In this document: piece after piece, positions 45,528-54,045 of the stretch
Numbering within the stretch: the first letter of the stretch is position 1
Layout of the letters: every line of letters starts with the position of its first letter
Assembly (NCBI GenBank): GCA_038139415.1
Contig: JAYOSV010000007.1
Span: 2,198 to 66,197 of the forward strand
Length of the DNA stretch: 64,000 nucleotides
From: Verrucomicrobiales bacterium
GTDB lineage: Bacteria; Verrucomicrobiota; Verrucomicrobiia; Limisphaerales; UBA1100
Reading direction: 5' to 3'
The notes under the pieces: generated by a model
Database searches by the model: none
Seen by the model: the letters and a program-made list of their open reading frames with translations, nothing else
Told to the model about the DNA's origin: nothing
Translations under genes and position numbers: made by a program

Positions 45528-46415
45528 ATGGGAAGGAATAAAGGTTTCACACTAATAGAGCTACTAGTCGTAATCGCCATTATCGGAATTTTGGCGAGTA
45601 TGCTTTTGCCTACGCTGGCTAAGGCTAAGACCAAGGCGAACCGGCTAAAATGTGCGAACAAACTGAAATCTTACCACGCGGCATATGAAAACTATGCAAC
45701 ACTTCAGGGCGGAGCTACGCCTCAGGTGGATCCGCAAATAGTTAATAATGCGTATGCCAAAACGCTTGGTTATCGAGATATCCAAGATCGTTATGAGCAT
45801 TGGTGTTGGCCTCGTGCATACGCGGTTTCTGAAATCCTTATGGATTACACTGCGTATGTATCGCCTTTAGATCCAAAGGCGATTGCTAATCAGCGGAAAG
45901 AATCAAAAAAATCCTGGGCTGATTTCAAAGCCAATCATGGTGCCCATCTGCTCCGACCCAACCGGCAGAGTTATGCAATTAAAATGCAGGGAGATGTGAC
46001 TGTTGGATCAACCATCATTGCCTCAACCAGAAATGTGGCTGGTGCTTCACAGGCTGATGGAGTGAAATACATCACAGATTTCGGGGGTGTGAATAATTCT
46101 GATCGATGGAATTATGCGACTCAAAACAGGAAGTTGCAGGGTGGAAACGGTGACGGTCACAACGGATGCGCTGTGGAGCGGTACGACTTCGCTACCGGAT
46201 CGTATAACGCCAAGTTCTTTGGTCCCGGCATTAAAGAATACAGCATGACCGGATTTCAAAGTGACGAGGCCAATTGGGTTATGGCAGATGGATCCACCAA
46301 ACAAGGCACTAGCACCGATTATAACAATCAGCTACGAGCCGCCGCAAAAACTCGCAGTGAGGGTTTATGCTTGGGCGACGAATTGAACCTCATTACCATC
46401 CTGCCAAGGCAGTAG
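45528..46415 (+). CDS. prepilin-type N-terminal cleavage/methylation domain protein
   Basis: N-terminus KGFTLIELLVVIAIIGILASMLLPTLAKAK. The gene is AT-richer than its surroundings. Confidence 0.7.
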   Translation: MGRNKGFTLIELLVVIAIIGILASMLLPTLAKAKTKANRLKCANKLKSYHAAYENYATLQGGATPQVDPQIVNNAYAKTLGYRDIQDRYEHWCWPRAYAVSEILMDYTAYVSPLDPKAIANQRKESKKSWADFKANHGAHLLRPNRQSYAIKMQGDVTVGSTIIASTRNVAGASQADGVKYITDFGGVNNSDRWNYATQNRKLQGGNGDGHNGCAVERYDFATGSYNAKFFGPGIKEYSMTGFQSDEANWVMADGSTKQGTSTDYNNQLRAAAKTRSEGLCLGDELNLITILPRQ

Positions 46416-46432
46416 CCCATTTATTTATCAAT

Positions 46433-46567
46433 ATGAAGAATGTTTTGTATGCAGCGGTATCGCTCCTGTTCGTGGCTTGCGGTGGAGAAGATGAGGCAAG
46501 TAATGAGGATGTGGAGTTGAAAGAAGAGATGTACCACGAGGAATCTGATCCCAACGAACCCTCCTAA
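46433..46567 (+). CDS. small acidic predicted lipoprotein
   Basis: MKNVLYAAVSLLFVACGGEDE... has a lipobox (LFVAC), then an acidic tail. 44 aa from the internal ATG of ORF 46367-46567. Confidence 0.4.
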   Translation: MKNVLYAAVSLLFVACGGEDEASNEDVELKEEMYHEESDPNEPS

Positions 46568-46579
46568 GTAGGTTGCCGA

Positions 46580-47557
46580 TTGAACCTGAGAGCTTGGTCA
46601 GTATCGTTATTGTTGGTTTCAGTAGCTAATCTTCAAGCAGTCCTGCCCGGCTGGCCGGAAGAGATTCAGGAAATCAAATACCGCAGTGCTTCGGATGATA
46701 CGGATCAGCCGGCACTGCATTTCGCGCCGTCCACTAAAGAAGCTCGGCCGTTGCTGGTGGGGTTGCATTCGTGGTCTAGCGATTATCGGCAGGCGAACAC
46801 CTCCTACGGTAAGTGGGCTGTGAATCACGATTGGCACTTCATTCATCCTAACTTCCGTGGGCGTAATCGTACGCCGTCGTCGATGGGCTCGGAGCTTGCG
46901 GTACAGGATATTCTCAGTGCTGTTTCGTGGGCTAGGCAGCAAGGGAACGTTGATCCTAATCGAATTTATGTAATTGGAGCCTCGGGCGGTGGTTATGCGA
47001 GCCTATTGATGGCGGGGCGTGCGCCTGAACTGTGGGCTGGCGTCTCGGCTTGGGTGCCGATTTCAGATTTGGTCAAGTGGCATGCGGAAACGGCAGCGCG
47101 TAAACTGCGTTATGCGGGCGAGATCGAGGCGGCTTTGGGCGGCCATAAACCTGTACCCGGCACGCCGGCGCATGCGGATGCCCTGAAACGCTCGGCCATT
47201 ACCTACATGGCACGCGCGCGCGGCGTGAATCTGGACATCAACGCCGGCATCACTGACGGTCACAATGGCAGTGTGCCGATCAGCCATTCGCTGGAGGCCT
47301 TCAACGCGCTGGCGGCGCCCAAGGATCGGCTCAGCCCGGCATTGATTGGTGAGTTTGTGAAAACGGCCAAGGTGCCGGCGGCTCTGCGAAAGGAAGCGGC
47401 AGTCGATGCGCGTTATGGGAGAAAAAACGTACTTTTCCGAAGAAAATCAGGCGCTGCGCGGGTGACGATTTTTCAGGGCGGCCACGAAATAATTCCCGAA
47501 GCTGGCTTGCAATGGTTGGCCGAACAGAACAGGATTCGCGCCCCGAAAAATGAGTGA
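46580..47557 (+). CDS. alpha/beta hydrolase, prolyl-oligopeptidase/esterase-like (S9-type)
   Basis: Signal peptide, nucleophile elbow GASGGGY and the later GITDGHNGSVPISHS region. TTG start. Confidence 0.65.
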   Translation: MNLRAWSVSLLLVSVANLQAVLPGWPEEIQEIKYRSASDDTDQPALHFAPSTKEARPLLVGLHSWSSDYRQANTSYGKWAVNHDWHFIHPNFRGRNRTPSSMGSELAVQDILSAVSWARQQGNVDPNRIYVIGASGGGYASLLMAGRAPELWAGVSAWVPISDLVKWHAETAARKLRYAGEIEAALGGHKPVPGTPAHADALKRSAITYMARARGVNLDINAGITDGHNGSVPISHSLEAFNALAAPKDRLSPALIGEFVKTAKVPAALRKEAAVDARYGRKNVLFRRKSGAARVTIFQGGHEIIPEAGLQWLAEQNRIRAPKNE

Positions 47558-48959
47558 CGTGAATCTTTTGCCCGAACCGAAGTTTCTTCCTGAACTCCAT
47601 CCCACCTTTCGCCCGGCGATTCTGGTGAACCGCGCCTTCGAGGCAGCAGCTCGCGATACCGGTGCGGCCGTGGACCTCGGCATCGGCCTCGAGCAGGCTG
47701 ATGGTTCCGTGTTTCATCACCGCACCGTTCTGTTCCCGGCCAATCACGAGCTGGAGCCGAACAATTTCCGTCACCTCGAACGCATGGTGAAATTTCTCCT
47801 GTGGCAACGTGGCGGCTGGAAGATTCACCTGAGCGGCGCGGATGCTTATGTCGATCGGCTGCAGGAATACTACCGAACCAACGAGTTCGGCAAATTTGAC
47901 GACGACGTGATTGGCGTGAAGAACAATCGTCACTCGCTCGAGGTGGTGTCTTGTGCCGAATTGCCCGCGGAAAATTCTCAGGCGCGTCCGATTGGCCGGC
48001 ACTTGGATGGCTGCCGCATTGGCTTCGACCTAGGCGGCAGTGACCGCAAGGCGGCTGCGGTGATTGATGGTGAAGTGAAGTTCAGTGAAGAGATCGTGTG
48101 GGATCCGTACTTTGAGCCGAACCCGGACTATCATTACGAGGGTATCATTGATTCCCTTAAGCGCGCCGCCGAACATCTACCGCGCGTGGACGCCATTGGC
48201 GGCAGCGCCGCCGGCTGTTACTCGCACAACAAGGTGACGTGGGCCTCGCTCTTTCGCGGCGTGGGCCCGGAGGATTTCGAGGCCAAGGTGCGCGATATGT
48301 TCACCAACATTGCCGAGGAATGGAATTGCCCACTGGAAGTGATCAATGACGGCGAGGTGACCGCCTTGGCCGGCTCAATGGCGCTACGCAAGAAAGGGGA
48401 ATCCGGCAACGGCGTGCTCGGCATTGCCATGGGCACGAGCGAAGGTGGCGGGTATGTGGATATGGATGGCAACATCACCACTTGGCTCAGCGAGCTGGCT
48501 TTTGCGCCGGTGGATCTGCATCCCGAGGCGCCGGCCGATGAATGGAGCGGCGACCTTGGCGTGGGTGCACAGTATTTCTCGCAACAAGCAGTCGCCCGCC
48601 TGCTGCCGGCCTCGGGCATTGAGTACGATGCCAGCCTGAGCATGCCCGAGCAGTTAAAGATAGTGCAAAAGCTGATGGAAGAAGGCGACGAGCGCGCGCT
48701 GAAGATTTACGACGCCATTGGGATTTACCTCGGCTACACGCTAGCGCATTACGCGGAGTTTTATGAATTCCAGTACGTATTGCTGCTGGGCCGCGTGACC
48801 ACCGGCCCCGGCGGTGAGCACATCATCACGCGCTCCAAGGAAGTAATGGCCACGGAATTTCCGGAACTGGCAGAACGGATAAAGTTCCACTTCCCGGATG
48901 AAACCGAGAAACGCCACGGTCAGGCCATCGCCGCGGCGAGCCTGCCGAAGATTAGCTAG
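47550..48959 (+). CDS. ROK-like / ASKHA-fold sugar kinase-like protein
   Basis: FDLGGSDRKAAAV, INDGEVTALAG and GIAMGTSEGGGYV resemble the ROK phosphate-1, phosphate-2 and adenosine motifs. The N-terminal ~150 aa are unrecognised. It overlaps the upstream stop by 8 nt. Confidence 0.45.
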   Translation: MSDVNLLPEPKFLPELHPTFRPAILVNRAFEAAARDTGAAVDLGIGLEQADGSVFHHRTVLFPANHELEPNNFRHLERMVKFLLWQRGGWKIHLSGADAYVDRLQEYYRTNEFGKFDDDVIGVKNNRHSLEVVSCAELPAENSQARPIGRHLDGCRIGFDLGGSDRKAAAVIDGEVKFSEEIVWDPYFEPNPDYHYEGIIDSLKRAAEHLPRVDAIGGSAAGCYSHNKVTWASLFRGVGPEDFEAKVRDMFTNIAEEWNCPLEVINDGEVTALAGSMALRKKGESGNGVLGIAMGTSEGGGYVDMDGNITTWLSELAFAPVDLHPEAPADEWSGDLGVGAQYFSQQAVARLLPASGIEYDASLSMPEQLKIVQKLMEEGDERALKIYDAIGIYLGYTLAHYAEFYEFQYVLLLGRVTTGPGGEHIITRSKEVMATEFPELAERIKFHFPDETEKRHGQAIAAASLPKIS

Positions 48960-48980
48960 GCAATAGCAGACCGAGCTTGC

Positions 48981-49029
48981 AATCGTTCGTGGTCAGCCCA
49001 TCATCAGGCCGTTCCACGAACGATTTTTT
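48981..49029 (+). terminator. 12-bp perfect hairpin plus T-run between the ROK-like and DUF1080 genes
   Basis: AATCGTTCGTGG (48981-92) pairs with CCACGAACGATT (49014-25), with a 21-nt loop. It is followed by tttt and ends 4 nt before the ATG at 49033. Confidence 0.5.
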
Positions 49030-49032
49030 GTC

Positions 49033-49755
49033 ATGAAACTGATGAAACTCATCCCCGCATTCCTCCTCGCGGCCGTCACTGTGACGGGCGCCGACCTCAA
49101 CCAGCCGCCTAAGGGATTCAAGGCCCTTTTTAACGGCAAAGACCTCAAGGGTTGGTGGGGTTTGAAGACTGAAGATCCCGCCAAATGGATGGCGCTGGAT
49201 AAGAAGGCGTTGACCAAGAAAAAGGCGGACAGCCTCAAGGACATTCAACAGCACTGGTCAGTGAAGGATGGTATCCTAATCAATGACGGGAATGGTCTGT
49301 ACCTTAGCACCGTAAAGAACTACGGCGACTTCGAGTTGTACGTGGACTACAAAACCGTCGCCAAGGCCGACAGCGGCATTTACCTGCGCGGCGTTCCACA
49401 GGTCCAGATTTGGGACACGACCAAGGAAGGCGGCAAATGGAAGATCGGCGCGGACAAAGGCTCCGGAGGCCTTTGGAATAACGGCCCTGCCGGCACGCCC
49501 GGTCGCGACCCGCTCGTGCTAGCCGACAAACCTTTTGGCGAGTGGAACACTTTTCACATCAAAATGGTCGGCGACAAGGTTACCATCAAGCTTAACGGTA
49601 AACTCGTCGTGGACAATGCGCCCCTCACCAATTTCTGGGACCGCAAAACGCCCAAGGCGAACCGCAAACCACTGATTACCCACGGCCCAATCCAGCTGCA
49701 AACCCACGGTGGCGAAATCTGCTGGCGCAACATCTTCATCAAGGAATTGAACTAA
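49033..49755 (+). CDS. DUF1080 (3-keto-disaccharide hydrolase-like) protein
   Basis: Signal peptide, FKALFNGKDLKGWWG and C-terminal GPIQLQTHGGEICWRNIFIKEL, the classic DUF1080 termini. Confidence 0.8.
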   Translation: MKLMKLIPAFLLAAVTVTGADLNQPPKGFKALFNGKDLKGWWGLKTEDPAKWMALDKKALTKKKADSLKDIQQHWSVKDGILINDGNGLYLSTVKNYGDFELYVDYKTVAKADSGIYLRGVPQVQIWDTTKEGGKWKIGADKGSGGLWNNGPAGTPGRDPLVLADKPFGEWNTFHIKMVGDKVTIKLNGKLVVDNAPLTNFWDRKTPKANRKPLITHGPIQLQTHGGEICWRNIFIKELN

Positions 49756-49756
49756 T

Positions 49757-50389
49757 ATGAAAAAACAACTCATCGCACTTACACTACTGCTTAGCCTCAG
49801 CGCGGTCGCTGAGGAGAAAGGCTTCAATCCTCTCTTCAACGGCAATGATTTCACCGGTTGGGCTGGCCCGATTGACAACTACCAAGTCACTGACGGCACC
49901 ATCCAGTGTAAGCCTGGCAAAGGTGGTACCATCTACACCAAGGACAGCTATAGTGACTTCGTCGTGCGGCTGGAGATCAAACTTCCCGAAGGCGGCAACA
50001 ATGGCCTCGCCATTCGTTACCCAGGCAAAGGGGACACCGCCTATGTGGGCATGTGCGAATTACAGGTACTCGACAACACCGCCAAGAAATACGCCAAACT
50101 GCATCCTGCTCAGTATCACGGCAGCGCCTACGGCATGGCTGCTGCAAAGCGCGGGCACCTGAAAAAACCCGGCGAATGGAACACGCAGGAAGTCACCGTG
50201 AAAGGCCACACTATCAAAGTCGTGCTCAACGGCGAAACCATCCTTGATACGGACCTGAGCAAGGTGGAGAAATCCATGGCGCCCATTGCCAAGTACAAGG
50301 GTCGCCTGCGCACCGAGGGCCACTTTGGCTTCGCTGGACACGGCGCTGCGGTGCAGTTCCGCAATGTGCGCATTAAGAGCCTGAAGTAA
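49757..50389 (+). CDS. DUF1080 (3-keto-disaccharide hydrolase-like) protein
   Basis: FNPLFNGNDFTGWAG ... GHFGFAGHGAAVQFRNVRIKSL. It begins 2 nt after the previous stop. Confidence 0.8.
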   Translation: MKKQLIALTLLLSLSAVAEEKGFNPLFNGNDFTGWAGPIDNYQVTDGTIQCKPGKGGTIYTKDSYSDFVVRLEIKLPEGGNNGLAIRYPGKGDTAYVGMCELQVLDNTAKKYAKLHPAQYHGSAYGMAAAKRGHLKKPGEWNTQEVTVKGHTIKVVLNGETILDTDLSKVEKSMAPIAKYKGRLRTEGHFGFAGHGAAVQFRNVRIKSLK

Positions 50390-50428
50390 GCGCGGGAAAA
50401 ATCTAATCCACGAACGGCGGCAGCGCGG

Positions 50429-51769
50429 CTATCCCCCCGCCTGTCGCCGTTCCTGTTTTTTCTGGGCCAACAACTGCTGACAGCCGTTGGCCATGTTCTG
50501 GTAAATCATAAACGACTCATCCGCCGCCAGCTTCTCTCTCACCAGCTCACTCAACGCATCCTTGCGCAGCGAGATCAATTCTTTCTCCAATTCATCCACG
50601 CACTCCTCATTCTCGCGCAACCGACCAATGATGCCTTCAATCGCCTGATAATACTTATCAATCCGATCTTTCCGCTTCTGCAGTAACCACTTGCGCACGC
50701 CACTCCCCAGACCCCAGAGAAGAATGCAGGCGGACAAAATAAAACCCATGGCCTCCGCGTACTTCACCAGAAAGCCCGGTTCATCGCGTCTGAAAAAAAG
50801 TTCCGCCCCCGCATGAGTAGGAAACTGCAAGCGGGCTGTGGCCTGTGATTCATCCAAATTACTGAAGGCCGAATGCTTTTGCGACAACACCGCACGATGC
50901 TCGAAGATCGTGCGGGTGATGTTCTCGGCTAATTCTTCAGGTAACTCGCGGTGGCAGGTCAGCACGGCTTTCACGCCCACCGTGGGAATGGGGCGAGAGG
51001 GATGTCCGGGTTTGCCATCAGCTCCAGGGTAAGCGAGCAACGGCAATGTGTGCGGAGTGACATACGGATAATGAACACGGAATCCCTCCGCCAATATCTC
51101 GGCCCAAGTGCCGGCATGAGACCAATCGGAATCGGGCGCAGTGACCAGCGGTGCCAATTGGACTTTATCTGATTGCAAAGCCTGCGCGCAGGTGGCGTTG
51201 CCAAGGCCAGTCAGGAATAACAAGGCATCTACTTCCCCGGCGACCAATTGCCGCGTGGCTTCGGCCAAGGATAGATGTTTTAAATTCAATTCCTTCTCCG
51301 CCAAGCCGAGGTAACGGAATAGTTCATGAGTAAACTGCTCGGATCCACTGCCTTTGGTGCCGACTGCGACGGTGTGTCCAGCCAGCTCATGCAGGGATTG
51401 AATGTCCGCATCGCGGTGGCGAAGAAAGTGGAGTAATTCCGGATGAATGGCAGTGAGACTGCGAGCTTGAGCCCCGCCCTGCGTGTCGTTTTGCAGAAGC
51501 GCCAGATCGGCTTCCTGATTTTGTAGGCGTTTGGCATTATCCAAACTACCGTCGGTTTCGATGACCTCAATGCTCAAACGCGGATGAGCGGCTTGAAGTT
51601 CCGAGGCCAGATGCTGCGCCAACTCGTGGTACAACCCTCCGCGCTGACCGGCGGCAAACACCAGCCGGTGTTCCTCAGGCAGCAACCAACGCTGCCCCAT
51701 AAATCCAACCAGCAACGCGCCTAGAACGCTAAGACCGATCAGCCACTTGCGAATGGATTCGTTTTCCAT
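50429..51769 (-). CDS. TAXI-family solute-binding protein fused to a C-terminal TM helix and coiled-coil tail
   Basis: LVFAAGQRGGLYHELAQHLA...ETDGSLDNAKRLQNQEADLALLQND matches the TAXI TRAP-receptor N-terminal signature. The C-terminus adds a TM helix (MGFILSACILLWGLG) and about 90 aa of heptad-like charged sequence. Confidence 0.6.
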   Translation of the reverse strand: MENESIRKWLIGLSVLGALLVGFMGQRWLLPEEHRLVFAAGQRGGLYHELAQHLASELQAAHPRLSIEVIETDGSLDNAKRLQNQEADLALLQNDTQGGAQARSLTAIHPELLHFLRHRDADIQSLHELAGHTVAVGTKGSGSEQFTHELFRYLGLAEKELNLKHLSLAEATRQLVAGEVDALLFLTGLGNATCAQALQSDKVQLAPLVTAPDSDWSHAGTWAEILAEGFRVHYPYVTPHTLPLLAYPGADGKPGHPSRPIPTVGVKAVLTCHRELPEELAENITRTIFEHRAVLSQKHSAFSNLDESQATARLQFPTHAGAELFFRRDEPGFLVKYAEAMGFILSACILLWGLGSGVRKWLLQKRKDRIDKYYQAIEGIIGRLRENEECVDELEKELISLRKDALSELVREKLAADESFMIYQNMANGCQQLLAQKKQERRQAGG

Positions 51770-51787
51770 GATTAGCTCGGAGAACTT

Positions 51788-52954
51788 TTACGGGGTTTCT
51801 TCCGTGGGAGGTAAGGGCATGACAGTTGTGGCCCAATTGATGTATGGAGAAATAGGGCCGGGCGAATATCCTTCGCGTCTGGCTATCACAGTGCCATCAC
51901 CGGATAGTACGATTTGAGTGGGGTATTTGGTTACGTTGAAACTGTTTTTAAGTCGGTTGTTTTCCCGTTGAACGGCGCCATCGATATTGGATGTTACTGG
52001 GAAATCACAGACATGCATGATCATGCGATCAGATAGCGCATTCCATTTCGGGTTATTTAAAATCTGTTTATCCAAGGCAATACACGGCGGGCACCAGTCG
52101 GATCCGGTGAACAGGAGATATATCGATTTTTTCTCTCGTTTAGCCTTGCTCTGAGTGGCGGCTAACCCCGTGAGCACTGTTGCGGTGGTGTCTACTTTAT
52201 TGTTGCCGGTTAAAACCTGAGTGTCTCCTCTGCCAATGTATGTGCCTCCGTGGGAGAAGATATGTGGTTTTACGGCCATTCCATCAGCCAGTAGGTCCGA
52301 ATCATTGGATAACTTTGTGCTTCCGTCTGCACGTACCAGTTGGCCTTGGCTGCTAAGCAACCCAGCCATAGTATTTGGATGTGAGAGACCATCTTTATCA
52401 ACGACGTCTGCTCCAACCCATTTAGCGGTCGCTAGGTCATCAGTAGATAGATTCCGCGAGACTCCGATCACGGTTGTTGGGCGTGCCGTATCCCCTCCTT
52501 TAATCATTGCATAGCTAATGGCCTTGTTAGGTATAGGTTTGCCGTCTCGAGTACTGTATTTTTCCCAATTCAAAAGGGCAATTTCCATATCAGGTTCCCG
52601 TGTGCCATCACAGGGAGACCACAGAATTTTTGGAGTTGTGATTTCCTGTTTCATGCCGCGACAGCCAAAGATACTTCCGGGATCTACCGTGAAATTTTTC
52701 TCCCTCCCGAAATGTTCTCTTCTGCCATAAAATGTGAGTTGCCATGGGAGACGCCCTTCGTTGTCCAAGGAAAAACTGATCAAGCCTGTTCCAACTTGCC
52801 GTACATTATTCAGGCAACTGATGCGTTTGGCTTTTGCTAATCCACGAGATAACGCAGGCAAGATAAGGCTAGCGAGTATCCCGATAATGGCGATGACCAC
52901 GAGCATTTCAATCAATGTAAAAGCTCGTGTGGCGCGCGAATGCGTTTGAACCAT
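51788..52954 (-). CDS. prepilin-type N-terminal domain protein fused to a C-terminal thioredoxin-fold domain (WCPPC)
   Basis: The N-terminus has the prepilin-type methylation motif RAFTLIEMLVVIAIIGILASLILPALSRGLAKAK. The C-terminus KSIYLLFTGSDWCPPCIALDKQIL...VTKYPTQIVL is the thioredoxin-family pattern with a CxxC active site. Start taken at the ATG at 52954. Confidence 0.65.
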   Translation of the reverse strand: MVQTHSRATRAFTLIEMLVVIAIIGILASLILPALSRGLAKAKRISCLNNVRQVGTGLISFSLDNEGRLPWQLTFYGRREHFGREKNFTVDPGSIFGCRGMKQEITTPKILWSPCDGTREPDMEIALLNWEKYSTRDGKPIPNKAISYAMIKGGDTARPTTVIGVSRNLSTDDLATAKWVGADVVDKDGLSHPNTMAGLLSSQGQLVRADGSTKLSNDSDLLADGMAVKPHIFSHGGTYIGRGDTQVLTGNNKVDTTATVLTGLAATQSKAKREKKSIYLLFTGSDWCPPCIALDKQILNNPKWNALSDRMIMHVCDFPVTSNIDGAVQRENNRLKNSFNVTKYPTQIVLSGDGTVIARREGYSPGPISPYINWATTVMPLPPTEETP

Positions 52955-53037
52955 ACCGGAACCTAAGCCTGTTTGGGCGGCCTCGCAAGTGAATTGCCTT
53001 GAATTTTGGGGAGTTATGTATCTAATACGTATCTTCC

Positions 53038-54045
53038 ATGGCTGAGGTTTTTCCACAATTGTCGCGCCGTCCGCGGCGGCTGCGCCGTAATGCTTCGGTG
53101 CGGGATTTGGTGCAGGAAACGCGAGTGACGGTGGATGATTTTATCTATCCATTATTTGTGCGCGAAGGCGAAGGCGCGGGCGAGTCGGTGCCTTCCATGC
53201 CGGGCGTGGAGCGGCATACGATCGAAGGCTTGGTGACGGAATGCCGGGCGGCGGTGGCGGTAGGCATCAAGGCGGTGGCTTTGTTTCCGGTCACGCCCAC
53301 GGAATTGAAGGATGATCAGGGAAGCGAGGCGCTGAATCCGGATTGTCTGGTGTTGCGGGCGGTAAAGGCGGTGAAGGCGGCTGTTCCGGACTTGGTGGTG
53401 ATTACGGATGTGGCGTTGGATCCTTACACGACCACGGGCCATGATGGTGTGCTTAATGCCGTAGGCAGCGATGTGGACAATGATGCCACCGTGGAAATCC
53501 TCGCCAAGATGGCGGTAGTGCAGGCTGAGGCCGGGGTGGATTGGGTGGCGCCTTCGGATATGATGGACGGCCGCGTGGGAGCGATTCGATCGGCATTGGA
53601 TGCGGCTGGCCACACGCAGGTTGCTATTCTTGCCTACTCGGCCAAGTACGCTTCGGCGTTTTATGGTCCGTTCCGTGATGCGGTTGGCAGCCAGCAAGTC
53701 GTCGGGAAAAATTATTTGGATAAGAAGACTTACCAATTGAATCCGGCCAACCCTCGGGAATCCATGATGGAAGCGGCATTGGATATCGAGGAGGGGGCCG
53801 ATGTGTTGATGGTCAAACCGGCCGGGGCGTATCTCGATATTTTATGCCAGTTGCGGCAGCTGACGGATTTGCCGTTGGCGGCGTATCAGGTATCCGGCGA
53901 ATATGCGCAAATCCATGCAGCGGCGGAGAAGGGCTGGCTGGACTACGCGGCGACGCGGGATGAATCGCTGCTGGCGATTAAGCGTGCGGGTGCCAGTTTG
54001 ATTCTCACGTACTTCGCCAAGGAGATCGCCGAAGAACAGGCCTAG
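53038..54045 (+). CDS. hemB: porphobilinogen synthase (delta-aminolevulinate dehydratase)
   Basis: RPRRLRRNASVRDLVQETRVTVDDFIYPLFV at the N-terminus, active-site Lys region VKPA, and typical HemB sequence throughout. Confidence 0.95.
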   Translation: MAEVFPQLSRRPRRLRRNASVRDLVQETRVTVDDFIYPLFVREGEGAGESVPSMPGVERHTIEGLVTECRAAVAVGIKAVALFPVTPTELKDDQGSEALNPDCLVLRAVKAVKAAVPDLVVITDVALDPYTTTGHDGVLNAVGSDVDNDATVEILAKMAVVQAEAGVDWVAPSDMMDGRVGAIRSALDAAGHTQVAILAYSAKYASAFYGPFRDAVGSQQVVGKNYLDKKTYQLNPANPRESMMEAALDIEEGADVLMVKPAGAYLDILCQLRQLTDLPLAAYQVSGEYAQIHAAAEKGWLDYAATRDESLLAIKRAGASLILTYFAKEIAEEQA

